A stretch of DNA of 64,000 nt from Myxococcota bacterium (lineage in GTDB: Bacteria; Myxococcota_A; Bradymonadia; UBA7976; UBA1532). Of this stretch, positions 1 to 12,043 are shown piece after piece. The notes beneath the pieces were generated by a model. That model saw only the letters and a program-made list of their open reading frames with translations. It searched no databases and was not told the origin of the DNA. Positions within the stretch are counted from its first letter, which is position 1, and every line of letters starts with the position of its first letter. Location of the stretch: NCBI GenBank assembly GCA_023150895.1, contig JAKLJY010000036.1:429-64428 (forward strand). The letters run 5' to 3'. Both the position numbers and the translations under genes were made by a program.

Positions 1-1211
1 TCACGGACTACCACCTGCAGGCCGAGAAGGGTCGCAGCATCTTCCCGTTCGTGATCGGCGGGGTCGGCGTGCTCGTCGGCGCGGCCTTCCTGTACCTGCG
101 CGCCGTCGCCCCACCGCCCCCGCCACCAGTGGTCGATGCCGGCGCCGAGGCGCCGGCCAGCGTCGTCGCAACCGCCCCCGCGACCCAAGCCCCCACCGCC
201 GCGCCGACGGCGGCACCGACTGAAGCGCCGTCCGCGCCGCCGACCCCGGCAGCCCTCGAGCAGCGTGCCCGCGCGGCCCTCGATCGACGCGCCTTCGAGG
301 GAAGCCCGGAGTCGGTGGCCGATCTGCTTCAGGCGCTGCGCGCCCACGGGCCGCTCGCCGCGGGGGGCAAAGCCGTCGAGAAGGACGCGGCCGAATTGCT
401 CGGCGCCGACATCGACGGCGCCGTCAAGGCCAAGGACGCCGCCGCCGCCCGCGCGTTGCTCGCCGTCGGTGAGCGGGTCGCCCCGGCCCACCCCGTGCTC
501 AAGCGCCGGGTCGCCGCCGTCGAGGCCCTCGAGAAGCAGCTCGCCGCCGAGAGCGCACGCACGGCCGCCGCCGACAAGGCCGCCGCCGAAAAGGCCGCTC
601 GCGAGCAGGCCGCCGCCGACAAGGCCGCCGCCGAAAAAGCGGCCCGCGAACAAGCGATTGCGGCGCGTACCGCCGCCGCGCGGGCCGCTGCCGACAAGGC
701 CGCCGCCGACAAGGCCGCCCGTGAGAAGGCCGCTGCCGACAAGGCCGCCGCCGACAAGGCCGCCCGTGAGAAGGCCGCACGTCCACCCGTCGCCGCTGCA
801 CCGAAGTCCGCGGCCCCGGCTTCCGCGGCGCCCCCCGCCGCCGGAGGGGCGTCGGCCCAGAAGCTCGTCGGCGACGGTCGCGCCGCCCTCGGAGCAGCCC
901 GTTACGACGACGCGCGCAAGGCCTTCCAGGCCGCGCTCGCAGCCGATCCGCAGAATGCGGCGGCCCATGCCGGGCTCGGCGACGTCGCGTTCCAGCAGTC
1001 GCGGTTCACCGACGCCCTGAAGTCCCACCGGTCAGCCGTGAAGCTCTCCGGCCGCAACGTCGAGTACATCGTGGCGTTGGGGATGGACTTCTTCAAACTC
1101 GAGCAGTTCGAGGACGCCCGCTCGCAGTGGCAGAAGGCGCTCGGCATCGACCCGAACAACGCCAAGGCGAAGAAGTACCTGGACATCGTCCAGAAGAAGC
1201 TCGGGCAGTAG
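1..1211 (+). CDS. Membrane-anchored Ala/Lys/Glu-rich repeat plus TPR protein (5' end outside window)
   Basis: Frame 3 is open from the window edge. It contains a TM-like stretch (IFPFVIGGVGVLVGAAFLYL) and an Ala/Pro linker. Four 15-aa repeats follow, AAADKAAA(E/D)KAARE(Q/K). The C-terminus has TPR-like helices (DPQNAAAHAGLGDVAFQQSRFTDALKSH...DPNNAKAKKYL). Stop at 1209-1211. Confidence 0.7.
   Translation, partial: TDYHLQAEKGRSIFPFVIGGVGVLVGAAFLYLRAVAPPPPPPVVDAGAEAPASVVATAPATQAPTAAPTAAPTEAPSAPPTPAALEQRARAALDRRAFEGSPESVADLLQALRAHGPLAAGGKAVEKDAAELLGADIDGAVKAKDAAAARALLAVGERVAPAHPVLKRRVAAVEALEKQLAAESARTAAADKAAAEKAAREQAAADKAAAEKAAREQAIAARTAAARAAADKAAADKAAREKAAADKAAADKAAREKAARPPVAAAPKSAAPASAAPPAAGGASAQKLVGDGRAALGAARYDDARKAFQAALAADPQNAAAHAGLGDVAFQQSRFTDALKSHRSAVKLSGRNVEYIVALGMDFFKLEQFEDARSQWQKALGIDPNNAKAKKYLDIVQKKLGQ
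564..773 (+). repeat. In-frame 45-bp tandem repeats (2 + 2 copies) encoding AAADKAAAEKAAREQ / AAADKAAADKAAREK
   Basis: Units lie at 564-608, 609-653, 684-728 and 729-773. The last two are identical 45/45 by eye. Confidence 0.9.
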
Positions 1212-1292
1212 TCGGACTGCTCGGGCGAGCGGCCGGGCGCAGAACACCCGGATCCGCAGCGTGTCCGGGACTTGCCGCGGCCGAGGCGCGGG

Positions 1293-2354
1293 TCAGAACG
1301 TGCCGGTGAAGACGAGGCCGCCATTGGCCCGGCGTCCACCGCCGGCGGTGGCCTCGGGCGCGTCGATCTTCGGCAGGATGAGCACGGTCGTCCCGGCACC
1401 GAGCGCCAGGCCGCCGACCGTCATCGCCGCCGCACCGAACCACTTGGTGGTGTAGACGTCGGGGCACGTCTTGCGGCTGCCGTTCTCGCAGGTGATCTGG
1501 CCATCCATATTGATGAGAAACCCGCCGACACCCAGGCCGACGGCACCGAGGACGGTCAGGATGATGCCCGCCGTCCGATGTTCCGCCGGCGCCGCGACGG
1601 GGGCGCCCGTCGGCGCGGGGGTCGCGGCGGGGGCCGCCTCCGCCGTGCTCGCCGCCGGGGCCGTCGCCAGGACCTGAAGCAGGAAATCCTGCGCAGCCGC
1701 GCGATCACCGACCTCGACGTCCCGCTGTTCGGAGACGTGCCCGGCCAGGGTCACCTTCACGGCATGCTTGCCACGGGTAACCTGCGCTTTGTAGGGCGTC
1801 TTGCCGACCATCTTGCCGTCGAGCTCCACGTCCGCACCGCTCGGATCCGTCGTGACGGAGAGCTCGGACGTCGGCGGTGCCGTGGGGGCCACCACCGGCG
1901 GCGCCGAGGCGAACGCGGCCTTGAACGTCTCCACCGCGGCCACGATCGAGCGGTCGACCTCCTCGGCGGCGCAGAGTTCGCACTCCTGCGCGGCGTCGAC
2001 GACCTTCGAGTGGGCGTCGTCGTAGAGCGTCAGGGAGACCTTGTAGATGTCGTCGGCGTTCGACACCTGCCCGGACACCACGAACCGCACCTTCGCGGCC
2101 GTCGCGACCTTCTTCAAGCAGGCGCTGTCGGCGCAGCGCCCCTCGGCGGCCTTTTCGGCAGCCCCGGGCTCCCCCACCGTCGCGTGCGCCTTGACCGCCT
2201 CGCGCAGCTTCTGGTCGAACCGCTTCTGCACGGGCGCAGGGACGGCACCGGCCGCCTGAAGCGGCAAGACCGACGCCGCGGGCTTATCCGCCGCCGCCGA
2301 GATCGTCGGCAGGCACAGACTGAGAATCATCAACGACAGCAGGCGCTTGAGCAT
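1293..2354 (-). CDS. PEGA-domain protein with signal peptide and C-terminal TM helix
   Basis: Signal peptide MLKRLLSLMILSLCLPTISAAAD. PEGA-like block SGADVELDGKMVGKTPYKAQVTRGKHAVKVTLAGHVSEQRDVEV. C-terminal hydrophobic helix AGIILTVLGAVGLGVGGFLI. The 5' end overlaps the upstream PP2C gene by 71 nt. Confidence 0.75.
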   Translation of the reverse strand: MLKRLLSLMILSLCLPTISAAADKPAASVLPLQAAGAVPAPVQKRFDQKLREAVKAHATVGEPGAAEKAAEGRCADSACLKKVATAAKVRFVVSGQVSNADDIYKVSLTLYDDAHSKVVDAAQECELCAAEEVDRSIVAAVETFKAAFASAPPVVAPTAPPTSELSVTTDPSGADVELDGKMVGKTPYKAQVTRGKHAVKVTLAGHVSEQRDVEVGDRAAAQDFLLQVLATAPAASTAEAAPAATPAPTGAPVAAPAEHRTAGIILTVLGAVGLGVGGFLINMDGQITCENGSRKTCPDVYTTKWFGAAAMTVGGLALGAGTTVLILPKIDAPEATAGGGRRANGGLVFTGTF

Positions 2355-3188
2355 CCTTCACCTCGGCTTGGGTTTCGTCTGGAATGGGGGGACCGATGTG
2401 GACGACGACCGCGGTGACGTTGTCGATCCCACCGGCATCGAGCGCTCGCGCGACGAGGGCGCGCGCCGTTTCGCCGGGCGACCGGCCGACCGCGAGCAAG
2501 TCGCCGATTCTCACGTCGTCGACGAGGTCGGTCAAGCCATCCGAGCAAAGCAGGTAGCGGTCCTGAGGCGCCGTCCGTGCCTCACCTACGTCGACGGCGA
2601 CGCCCGGGGATAACCCGACGGCCCGCACGATGACGTTCTTGTGTGGAAACGTCGCCACGTCGTCGGGTCCGATGAGGCCGAGATCGAGGTATTCGTTGAG
2701 CAACGAGTGGTCGCGCGTGAGTTGCCGCAGCGTCCCCTCACGCCACAGGTACAAGCGGCTGTCCCCGACGTTGGCGTAGTGGAGGCGGTCGTCGCAGATC
2801 CAGGCCACCACGAGCGTCGTGCCCATGCCGCGATGGCGGCGGTCCCGTCGGGCGGCGCCGAGGACGCGCCGGTTCGCCGAGCGGATGGCGTCGACGAGGG
2901 CACCGGCCGGCTGGGTCGCGCCGCCGAGCCGTTTGAGGAGCCCGCCGATGCCCCGCGGTTGAGTGCCCGTCGCGACCCGCTCGAAGTGTTCGCGGAGCGC
3001 CTCGATGGCCAGGCCGCTGGCCACATTCCCCGCGTTGTGACCGCCCATCCCGTCCGCGACGGCGACGAACCCGAGCGCCTCGAGGACGAGGTGAGCGTCT
3101 TCCTGGCGCTCCCGCACGAGCCCCGTGTGGGCGGCGACGCCGACGGTGAACGCGGGTGTGGCCGGTCCGAGCGGCGTGCCCTCGTCGG

Positions 3189-3192
<4 letters not shown>
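2284..3192 (-). CDS. PP2C-family Ser/Thr protein phosphatase
   Basis: PP2C motifs are present: RERQEDAHLV, AVADGMGGHNAGNVAS, GMGTTLVVAW, YANVGDSRLY, LLCSDGLTD and GGIDNVTAVVV. The start was re-picked at ATG 3190-3192, which overlaps the kinase stop (ATGA). The 446-aa track ORF is an upstream extension. Confidence 0.85.
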
Positions 3193-5614
<2,422 letters not shown>

Positions 5615-5618
<4 letters not shown>

Positions 5619-7378
5619 GGCTTGCGGTCTCCCGCGGGGGGCGCCCAGGGGGCCGGCAGGAGGGGCGTGCGCTCCTTCTGGCGCTGCGAACGCTGCAGTT
5701 CGATTTCACGGAAGAGCGTCGCAGGGGCGACCGTGCTGACCGGGACGTAACCGCTCTCTGCGCCGCAGAACCCGTTGAAGACGCCGACCTCCTGGCTCGC
5801 GGCGACGATCTTGTTCACGGCGGTGAGGGGTGTGCCCACCATCTCGACGCCCCGGACGAGCGTCTCGGCCCCGGTCTGGGCGTCGACCCGATAGACCATG
5901 CGCGGCGACCCCTTGAAGGCCTGGTATCCGTAGTTGCTCGTGTTCGTCGAGCCGCCGGTGATGTCGCGGATGATCAGGCCGAAGGGCTTACCCGCCTTGC
6001 GCGCCTCGTCGAGGAGCATCTGCTTGAGGGTGGCCCGCGGGACCGCCCCCGCCGCCTCGATGATCAGGTTGCCCATGCGGGCGACCGGCCGCTGCGTGCC
6101 CTGTGCGCGCCCGTGGCCGTTGCTCTTCGGAGCGTCCTCCACGGGGGTCCGGCCGGTGAGGAACGTCTTCAGCACGCCGTTCTGAACGAGGATCGTATTC
6201 TGCGAGGCCACGCCCTCGTCGTCGAACGGGTAGTAGCCGTTCAGCGAGAGCCCGGCCGCCGTCCGCTGCGTCGGGTCGTCCCGTAGGCTGAGGAACACCG
6301 GCAGGATCGGCTGCCCGACCTGACCCTTGAACGTCCGTCCCTCGTTCTCGTCCTTCTGGCGCTCCCCTTCGAGGCGGTGGCCGACCGTCTCGTGGAAGAA
6401 GACGCCCGTGGCCTCGGGTTCGAGGATGGCCGGGCCCGTGTAGGGATCGGCGACGGGCGCCCGCGCGAGTGCCGCGAGGTGGTCGACCGCTTCGTCGACG
6501 AGGGCGAAGAGGCCGCGTTCGTCGGGCAGCTCGGCCAACGTGCGTCCATAGAGCGTCTGGCCCTGGTCGAGGAGCATGCCGTCCGGCGCGCGCGAGAGTG
6601 CCGAGATGCCGACCGAATACAGGACGTCTTCCTTGACGATGCGGGTGCCCTCGCTGGAAACGATCCACGTCTTGGTGTGGGTCGCCGAGATGCGCACCGC
6701 GCCTTCGAGGACCGCGGGATCCCGGCGAAATCGAGCCGAAAGCCGGCGGACCCGCTCGGCCCAGCCCTTCCGGTCGACCTCGAACCGCACGGCGGGATCG
6801 CGGTACGTGGCCGGCGTCTCGCGGCTGAAGCTGTCGACGTGTTTCTCGGCGACGTCACTGACCTTCTTGGCGCGCTTGCGCAGATGGCTCGAGAGCGCCT
6901 TTTTGTAGGCGGCGTCGGAGAGCAGCCAGACGGTGCCGCGCAAGGCGGTGACGTCCGCATCGAGGGGCGCCTGCGACGGCGGCTCGAAGGTGATGCCGTC
7001 CTCGAAGCTGAAGTCGCTCGGATCCGGACTGCTGTCGAAGGCGTAGTCCCCGACCCGGACGTCGACGGCGATCTGGCGTTTGGTGTCGCGATCGTCCTCG
7101 ACGAGCGCCCCGAAACGGCCGGTCACCTCGACCTGATCGCGATCGACGACCCGGAACGCGACGAAGTACGGGCGCTCGTAGTCCTCGAGACGCAGCGCTC
7201 CGTGCGTCCGCGTGAGCTCGGCCTCGAGCGCGGTCAGCACGGGGTCGTTCACTGGTTTGGGCGCTGCGTCGGCCTCCGCGGGCGCGACGACGGCGACCGC
7301 GAACCCGAGAACGAGTGCCAGGGGGCGGAGGCGGTGGCCATCGTTGCGGGTGGCGCGGGAGGGGTCGACAAAGGGCAT
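5615..7378 (-). CDS. Secreted TldD/PmbA-family metallopeptidase
   Basis: TldD-type metal motif GVFFHETVGHRLEGERQ, with a Gly-rich C-terminal half typical of TldD/PmbA. The start was chosen at MPFVDPS..LALVLGFAVAVVAPAEADA (signal peptide). The longer track ORF adds an implausible leader. Confidence 0.8.
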
Positions 7379-7472
7379 GGTGCGGGATCTTCCGGCTGCT
7401 TTGGGCGGGGTCATGGTAAGTAGACCCCACCGGGGTGTCCAGGTTCCGGCCCCCGATCCGGACCAGCCGCCG

Positions 7473-8825
7473 ATGCACACCCCGACCCCGCAGCCCGTGA
7501 CCACGACCGCCGACTTCGGCCCCCCTCACCGCTGGGTCGCCCGGCACGGCCTGCCCATCGGCGGCGCGCTGCTCGATGCGGCCGGTGGATCAGATCCTCG
7601 GGGTCGTTTTGCGTGCCTCGGCCTCACGCCGGACGAGGTCCTTCGCTGGTCCCCCGGGGCGCCCGGCGACCCCCTGGCGGCGCTCGCCCGCTTCGACGCG
7701 GCGGCCCGCTGCGACGCGCTGGACGCGGGCACGCCCGGCCCCTGGCCCCGGATCGTCCTGTGCGCGGCCTACGATCTCGGACGCACGATCGAACGGCTGC
7801 CGGCGCTCGCCCGCGCCGATTCGACGCTGCCGGACCTCTGGGCGGCCCGCTACCCGGCGGTCTACGTCTACGACAACGTGCGGGCCGTCGGCGTCCTGCG
7901 CGGGGTCTCGCGGGCGGCCGTCGACGCGCTCGCCGCGGACCTCGAACGCGGAGGGCCGGCGCCGCCGGACGTGCCGCTCGAATCGCCTCGCGTCGAGATG
8001 GACCGCGAAGCGTACGGCCGGGCGTTCGACCGCATCCAGGCGCACATCCGGGCGGGCGACACTTATCAGATCAACCTGACGGTCCGGTTTCGCGCCGACC
8101 GCCGCCGCGGCGGCGATCCGACGGGGTTCTACCCGCGACTGCGTGCGGCGTCCCCGGCACCGTTCGGCGCCTGCGTGCGCATCGGCCCCGCCGAGTCGAT
8201 CTTCTCCATCAGCCCGGAGCGTTTTCTCCGGTGGTCGGCCGACGGGACGATCGAGACAGCCCCGATCAAGGGCACTCGGCCACGCGGCCCGACCCCCGCC
8301 GAAGACGCGCGGTGGCGCGCTGCGCTGGCCGGCAGCGCCAAGGACCGCGCCGAGCATCTGATGATCGTCGACTTGCAGCGCAACGACCTCGGTCGCATCT
8401 GCGAGATCGGCAGCGTCGAAGTCGTCGATGCGCTGACGCTCGAGACGCACCCGACCGTGCACCACCTCGTCAGCACCGTTCGCGGACGCCTCCGAGGCGA
8501 CGTCGACGTCGCGGCGCTGCTGCGCGCGACCTTCCCCGGCGGCAGCATCACGGGCGCGCCGAAGATTCGCTCGATGGAGATCATCGAGGCCCAGGAGCCG
8601 ACCCGCCGCGGACCGTACTGCGGTTGCATCGGCTACCTCGACGCCCGCGGTGGCGGCGACCTGAACATCGCCATCCGGACGGCCTGGAGTACGCCGACGG
8701 CGATCTACTATCAGGCCGGCGGAGGCATCGTGGAGGCGAGCGATCCCGACGACGAGTGGGCGGAGCTGCACACGAAGGCCCGCGCGTTCATTGCGGCCTG
8801 CGCGGCCCGCGAATCAGTCGAGTGA
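7473..8825 (+). CDS. pabB: Aminodeoxychorismate synthase component I (chorismate-binding enzyme)
   Basis: Chorismate-utilising enzyme motifs: ERFLRW..GTIETAPIKGTRPRG, KDRAEHLMIVDLQRNDLGRIC, FPGGSITGAPKIRSMEIIE and RGPYCGCIGYLD. A length of about 450 aa fits PabB better than TrpE. The start ATG at 7473 is uncertain. Confidence 0.8.
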   Translation: MHTPTPQPVTTTADFGPPHRWVARHGLPIGGALLDAAGGSDPRGRFACLGLTPDEVLRWSPGAPGDPLAALARFDAAARCDALDAGTPGPWPRIVLCAAYDLGRTIERLPALARADSTLPDLWAARYPAVYVYDNVRAVGVLRGVSRAAVDALAADLERGGPAPPDVPLESPRVEMDREAYGRAFDRIQAHIRAGDTYQINLTVRFRADRRRGGDPTGFYPRLRAASPAPFGACVRIGPAESIFSISPERFLRWSADGTIETAPIKGTRPRGPTPAEDARWRAALAGSAKDRAEHLMIVDLQRNDLGRICEIGSVEVVDALTLETHPTVHHLVSTVRGRLRGDVDVAALLRATFPGGSITGAPKIRSMEIIEAQEPTRRGPYCGCIGYLDARGGGDLNIAIRTAWSTPTAIYYQAGGGIVEASDPDDEWAELHTKARAFIAACAARESVE

Positions 8826-8827
8826 TC

Positions 8828-9277
8828 TCAGTACTGAGACTTCTCGGCCCGCCACGTGCCGCCGTCCATCTCGTTGTCTTCGTACCCCCAGCGGCCGTCC
8901 AGCTTCTTGCCGTCCTTGGCGATGCGGAACGCGGCGCGCCCCCGGATGGGAAAGACCGCGGCGGCGGTGTCGCCGGGCTGAATCCACTCGATGCGCAGCA
9001 GATCACCCAGGATGTCGCCGCGGATCGTGCCGTTGTGCTCCGGGCCGCGCGGGTGTTCATAGCGCCCGGTGACCTTGGGCCCCGTCTGGGTGAGCTCCAT
9101 GTCGCCGAAGTCCTGGCTGTACCAGCGACCGCTGAGGTTCAGCCCGGGGATGGCCGGGCCCGGCTGGAAGGCGTCCCCCTGGGACGGGGCGCCACCACAA
9201 CCGGTCAGGGCCGCGCCCGCCAGGGCGACGGCGGCGGCAGCGAGGGCAAACGCGATTCGAACGGAACCAGACGACAT
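8828..9277 (-). CDS. Small lipoprotein of unknown function
   Basis: Start re-picked at MSSGSVRIAFALAAAAVALAGAALTGC (lipobox LTGC). High GC3 coding frame. No recognisable catalytic motif. Confidence 0.6.
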   Translation of the reverse strand: MSSGSVRIAFALAAAAVALAGAALTGCGGAPSQGDAFQPGPAIPGLNLSGRWYSQDFGDMELTQTGPKVTGRYEHPRGPEHNGTIRGDILGDLLRIEWIQPGDTAAAVFPIRGRAAFRIAKDGKKLDGRWGYEDNEMDGGTWRAEKSQY

Positions 9278-9395
9278 GGAGCACTCCCGACGGACGCACG
9301 GGCAGCCCCGAAGGGCCGCGGTTTTCCCTGCGCGTCGCCGTCGAGCCTCGGGCGCCGCGCGCACGCCCGTTTCTAGGCAGGAACGGCCCGTCCGA

Positions 9396-10244
9396 TCAAG
9401 AACGAGCGACGTCCGATGGGCCGCCGACCAGACGTTCGGCCAGCGCGGCGTGCAGCCGATGCCCCGCGGCGCTGGCCCGGACGAGGGCGCGGGGCAGGAA
9501 ACCGAGGCGCCCGAGGTCACCGAGGAGATCGAGCGCCTTGTGGCGGAACGGCTCGTCCGGGAATCGCATCCCGCCCGGATTCAACGGCCGTCCATCGTCG
9601 TCGAGGGCCAGGCACGTCGTCAGATCCGCCCCGAGGGCCCGACCCGCCGCCCGGAGATCCGCGAGGTCTCGCCGGAAGCCGAAGGTTCGCGCGGGCGCGA
9701 GTGCGGTCTCGAAATCGTCGAGTTGGCCCGTGAAGCGCCCGGTGCCGAGCACGGGAAACGCGCTGGACACGTCGAGCGCGAAAGACGACGAGGGGCTCGC
9801 CGTGATCGACGCGGACGGGCCGCCCGGCGGGCCCGACCGGACTTCGACGGGCCCGTCGAGCGCTCGTTGAGGCAGGCCCGGACGCGGGAGTGCCAACGCG
9901 CGCACGGCCGCACAGAAGGGCGCGGCGCTGCCGTCGAGGGTCGGCACCTCGGGCCCCGACGCCTCGATCTCCACGTCGGCGACACCCATCCCGGCGAGGG
10001 CGGCGAAGAGGTGCTCGACGGTCATCAGCGGGCCGACCGGAGTCAGCACCGTCGTCGCGAGGCGCGTGTCGACGACCGGCAACGTCGGGACGGGCACGCC
10101 GCCGAGGCGCCACCCGCGACCGGGCGCCGCTGGGCGCAGCGTGATGGCGCACGCCGCCCCGGTGTGCAGTCCCGGTCCGGTCAGCCGGACGAACGGCGGG
10201 CGGTCGATTTCGGGAACCGCTGCATCGCGCTTTTGTCGAACCAT
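9396..10244 (-). CDS. lpxC: UDP-3-O-acyl-N-acetylglucosamine deacetylase
   Basis: LpxC-like motifs: LTGPGLHTG, TVEHLFAALAGMGV, LDGSAAPF, RTFGF and FPDEPFRHKALDLLGDL. ATG at 10244 was preferred over the TTG at 10256. Confidence 0.8.
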   Translation of the reverse strand: MVRQKRDAAVPEIDRPPFVRLTGPGLHTGAACAITLRPAAPGRGWRLGGVPVPTLPVVDTRLATTVLTPVGPLMTVEHLFAALAGMGVADVEIEASGPEVPTLDGSAAPFCAAVRALALPRPGLPQRALDGPVEVRSGPPGGPSASITASPSSSFALDVSSAFPVLGTGRFTGQLDDFETALAPARTFGFRRDLADLRAAGRALGADLTTCLALDDDGRPLNPGGMRFPDEPFRHKALDLLGDLGRLGFLPRALVRASAAGHRLHAALAERLVGGPSDVARS

Positions 10245-10308
10245 GCGTCCTGGCAATCTACGGCCACTCCTCGCGCTCGATCACTCGAAACCGGAAACAG
10301 GATCTCCC

Positions 10309-11166
10309 ATGCGTGGCCGCCCTTCACCGATCGCATTGCTCGCCGTCTGGCCCCTTGCGCTCGCCGCGTGTTCGGACGCGGCGGCCGACGACGCCGACGG
10401 GGGCCCCGCCGGGGCGGCCGAGGTCGGGGCCGCCGGTGAAGATGCGTCCGTCGGCGCCGACGCCGCCGGGGACATCTGCAACGTCGCGACGCACATCGTC
10501 GACCTGCCCGGTCCGTTCGATTGTGATGCGGCCCCCGAGACCCTGACGATTGCCGGGCCGAACAAGCGCTACGAGATCTTCAAGTACGAGGCCAGTCACC
10601 CGCTGGCCACGGAGGCCCTGGCATTCCCCTGCGCCGTGTCCGACGGCATCGGCTTCGAGATGCCCGCCGTCCCGACGCAGGCCTGCTCCCGGGCGGGTGT
10701 CCGGCCGTGGCACTCGATCAACTGGAACGACGCGAAAGCGGCGTGCGAGCAGTGGGGCGACGGCTGGCGCCTGTGCAGCCTCGAGGAGCTCGCCCGAGCG
10801 TGCGAAGGACCCACGGGCACCCGCTACACCTGGGGCGCGACGTGGGAGGACGGGCAATGCAACCTGCTCGACGCCTACCGCGACGACGGGACGAATCGCA
10901 CCAGCGAGGCGCCGACGGGCGCGTTCGAAGGGTGCATGAGCGCCGAGGGCGTCGCCGACGCCAACGGCAACCTCTGGGAGTGGGTCTCCGATCGGGACAG
11001 CACCGATCCGCGCCGCCACAAGTACATCGGCGCGGGGTGGAAGATCATCGCCCAGCGCCACGACAAGAGCGAACAGACCTGTCGCACCGAGACGCTCGTG
11101 CCGGGCATCTCCGGGGAGACCTACAGCAGCGGATACGTCGGGTTCCGGTGCTGCCGCGACGAGTGA
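10309..11166 (+). CDS. Formylglycine-generating-enzyme (SUMF1/FGE-sulfatase) family lipoprotein
   Basis: Lipoprotein signal MRGRPSPIALLAVWPLALAAC. FGE-fold hallmarks: WHSINWNDAKAACEQWG.RLCSLEE, NGNLWEWVSD, GAGW and GYVGFRCCR. Confidence 0.75.
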   Translation: MRGRPSPIALLAVWPLALAACSDAAADDADGGPAGAAEVGAAGEDASVGADAAGDICNVATHIVDLPGPFDCDAAPETLTIAGPNKRYEIFKYEASHPLATEALAFPCAVSDGIGFEMPAVPTQACSRAGVRPWHSINWNDAKAACEQWGDGWRLCSLEELARACEGPTGTRYTWGATWEDGQCNLLDAYRDDGTNRTSEAPTGAFEGCMSAEGVADANGNLWEWVSDRDSTDPRRHKYIGAGWKIIAQRHDKSEQTCRTETLVPGISGETYSSGYVGFRCCRDE

Positions 11167-11185
11167 CCCGACCGAGGAGCCCGCC

Positions 11186-11983
11186 ATGAGTCCGACGACG
11201 ATGACGCCCACGAGCGCAGCCGCCCCTCCTCGGGTCGAGGTCAATTACCGCTGGCTGCTCCTGCTGGCCTCCGTCGTTCCGGTTCTCGTGCTGCGCGGTC
11301 ACCGCACCGGCCTGCTGATTTACAGCGGCGTGCTGTCGTTTGCCCTGCTCACGCTCGTCGTGTGGCTGCCGCGCCGGGTCGCAGACGCCGAGCGCCGCTT
11401 CACGCGTGACGCGCTCAGGCGCCTTTCCACGGGCGATCACACCGGTCTCGAGGCGCTCGCGGCCCGGCAGTGGCTCCTGCGCACGTTCGGGCGCAAACAC
11501 GTCATCCCGGAGACACTCGGGCTGTCGGCGGCCGCGGCCGGCAATCACGAGCTCGCCCGCCAGCGCTACGCTGTCGCGCTCTCCGTGGCCCCACCGGACG
11601 AACGGCTGCGCATCGAGGTGAACCTCGCCGGCGAGGAGCTCGCCACGGAACGCTGGACCGAGGCCGAAGGCCGCTATCGCACCGTGCTGCGCCGCCGCCC
11701 GGACCTCTCCATCGCGCTGGCCAACCTCGGTCGCATTCTCGTGCGGCGGGCGGACGACGGCGCGGAGGCCCGCGAGACGCTGAGCGAAGCCGTCGACGTC
11801 CTCGAACGGGCCCTGCCCCTGGCGGACACCCGCGAGCAGACGGCCCTGCGCCTCTTGCTCGCGGAAGCCCTGATTCGCGTCCGCGCCCCGCAGGCTCGCT
11901 GGCAGACGGTGCTCGAGCGGGCGGTCTCGGAGGGCGCCGACGCGGCTGCCGTTTCGCGGCTCGAGGGCCTCGCGCGGCCCTGA
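11186..11983 (+). CDS. Membrane protein with TPR-like C-terminal domain
   Basis: GAGGAG lies 6 nt upstream of the ATG. Two N-terminal hydrophobic helices are followed by helical TPR-like repeats (AEGRYRTVLRRRPDLSIALANLGRIL...). Confidence 0.6.
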   Translation: MSPTTMTPTSAAAPPRVEVNYRWLLLLASVVPVLVLRGHRTGLLIYSGVLSFALLTLVVWLPRRVADAERRFTRDALRRLSTGDHTGLEALAARQWLLRTFGRKHVIPETLGLSAAAAGNHELARQRYAVALSVAPPDERLRIEVNLAGEELATERWTEAEGRYRTVLRRRPDLSIALANLGRILVRRADDGAEARETLSEAVDVLERALPLADTREQTALRLLLAEALIRVRAPQARWQTVLERAVSEGADAAAVSRLEGLARP

Positions 11984-12043
11984 CACCGGTTGCCCCGGAC
12001 CCGTTTCTTTACCCGAACCCGGCAATGTCCGTACGGTGGGGAC

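Noticed and set aside
1212-1292. A possible bidirectional terminator hairpin between the convergent TPR and PEGA genes.
   Set aside because: Only imperfect GC-rich complementarity is present (GCGGCCGGG ... CCCGGATCCGC), with no T-tract. I cannot distinguish it from background in this GC-rich DNA.
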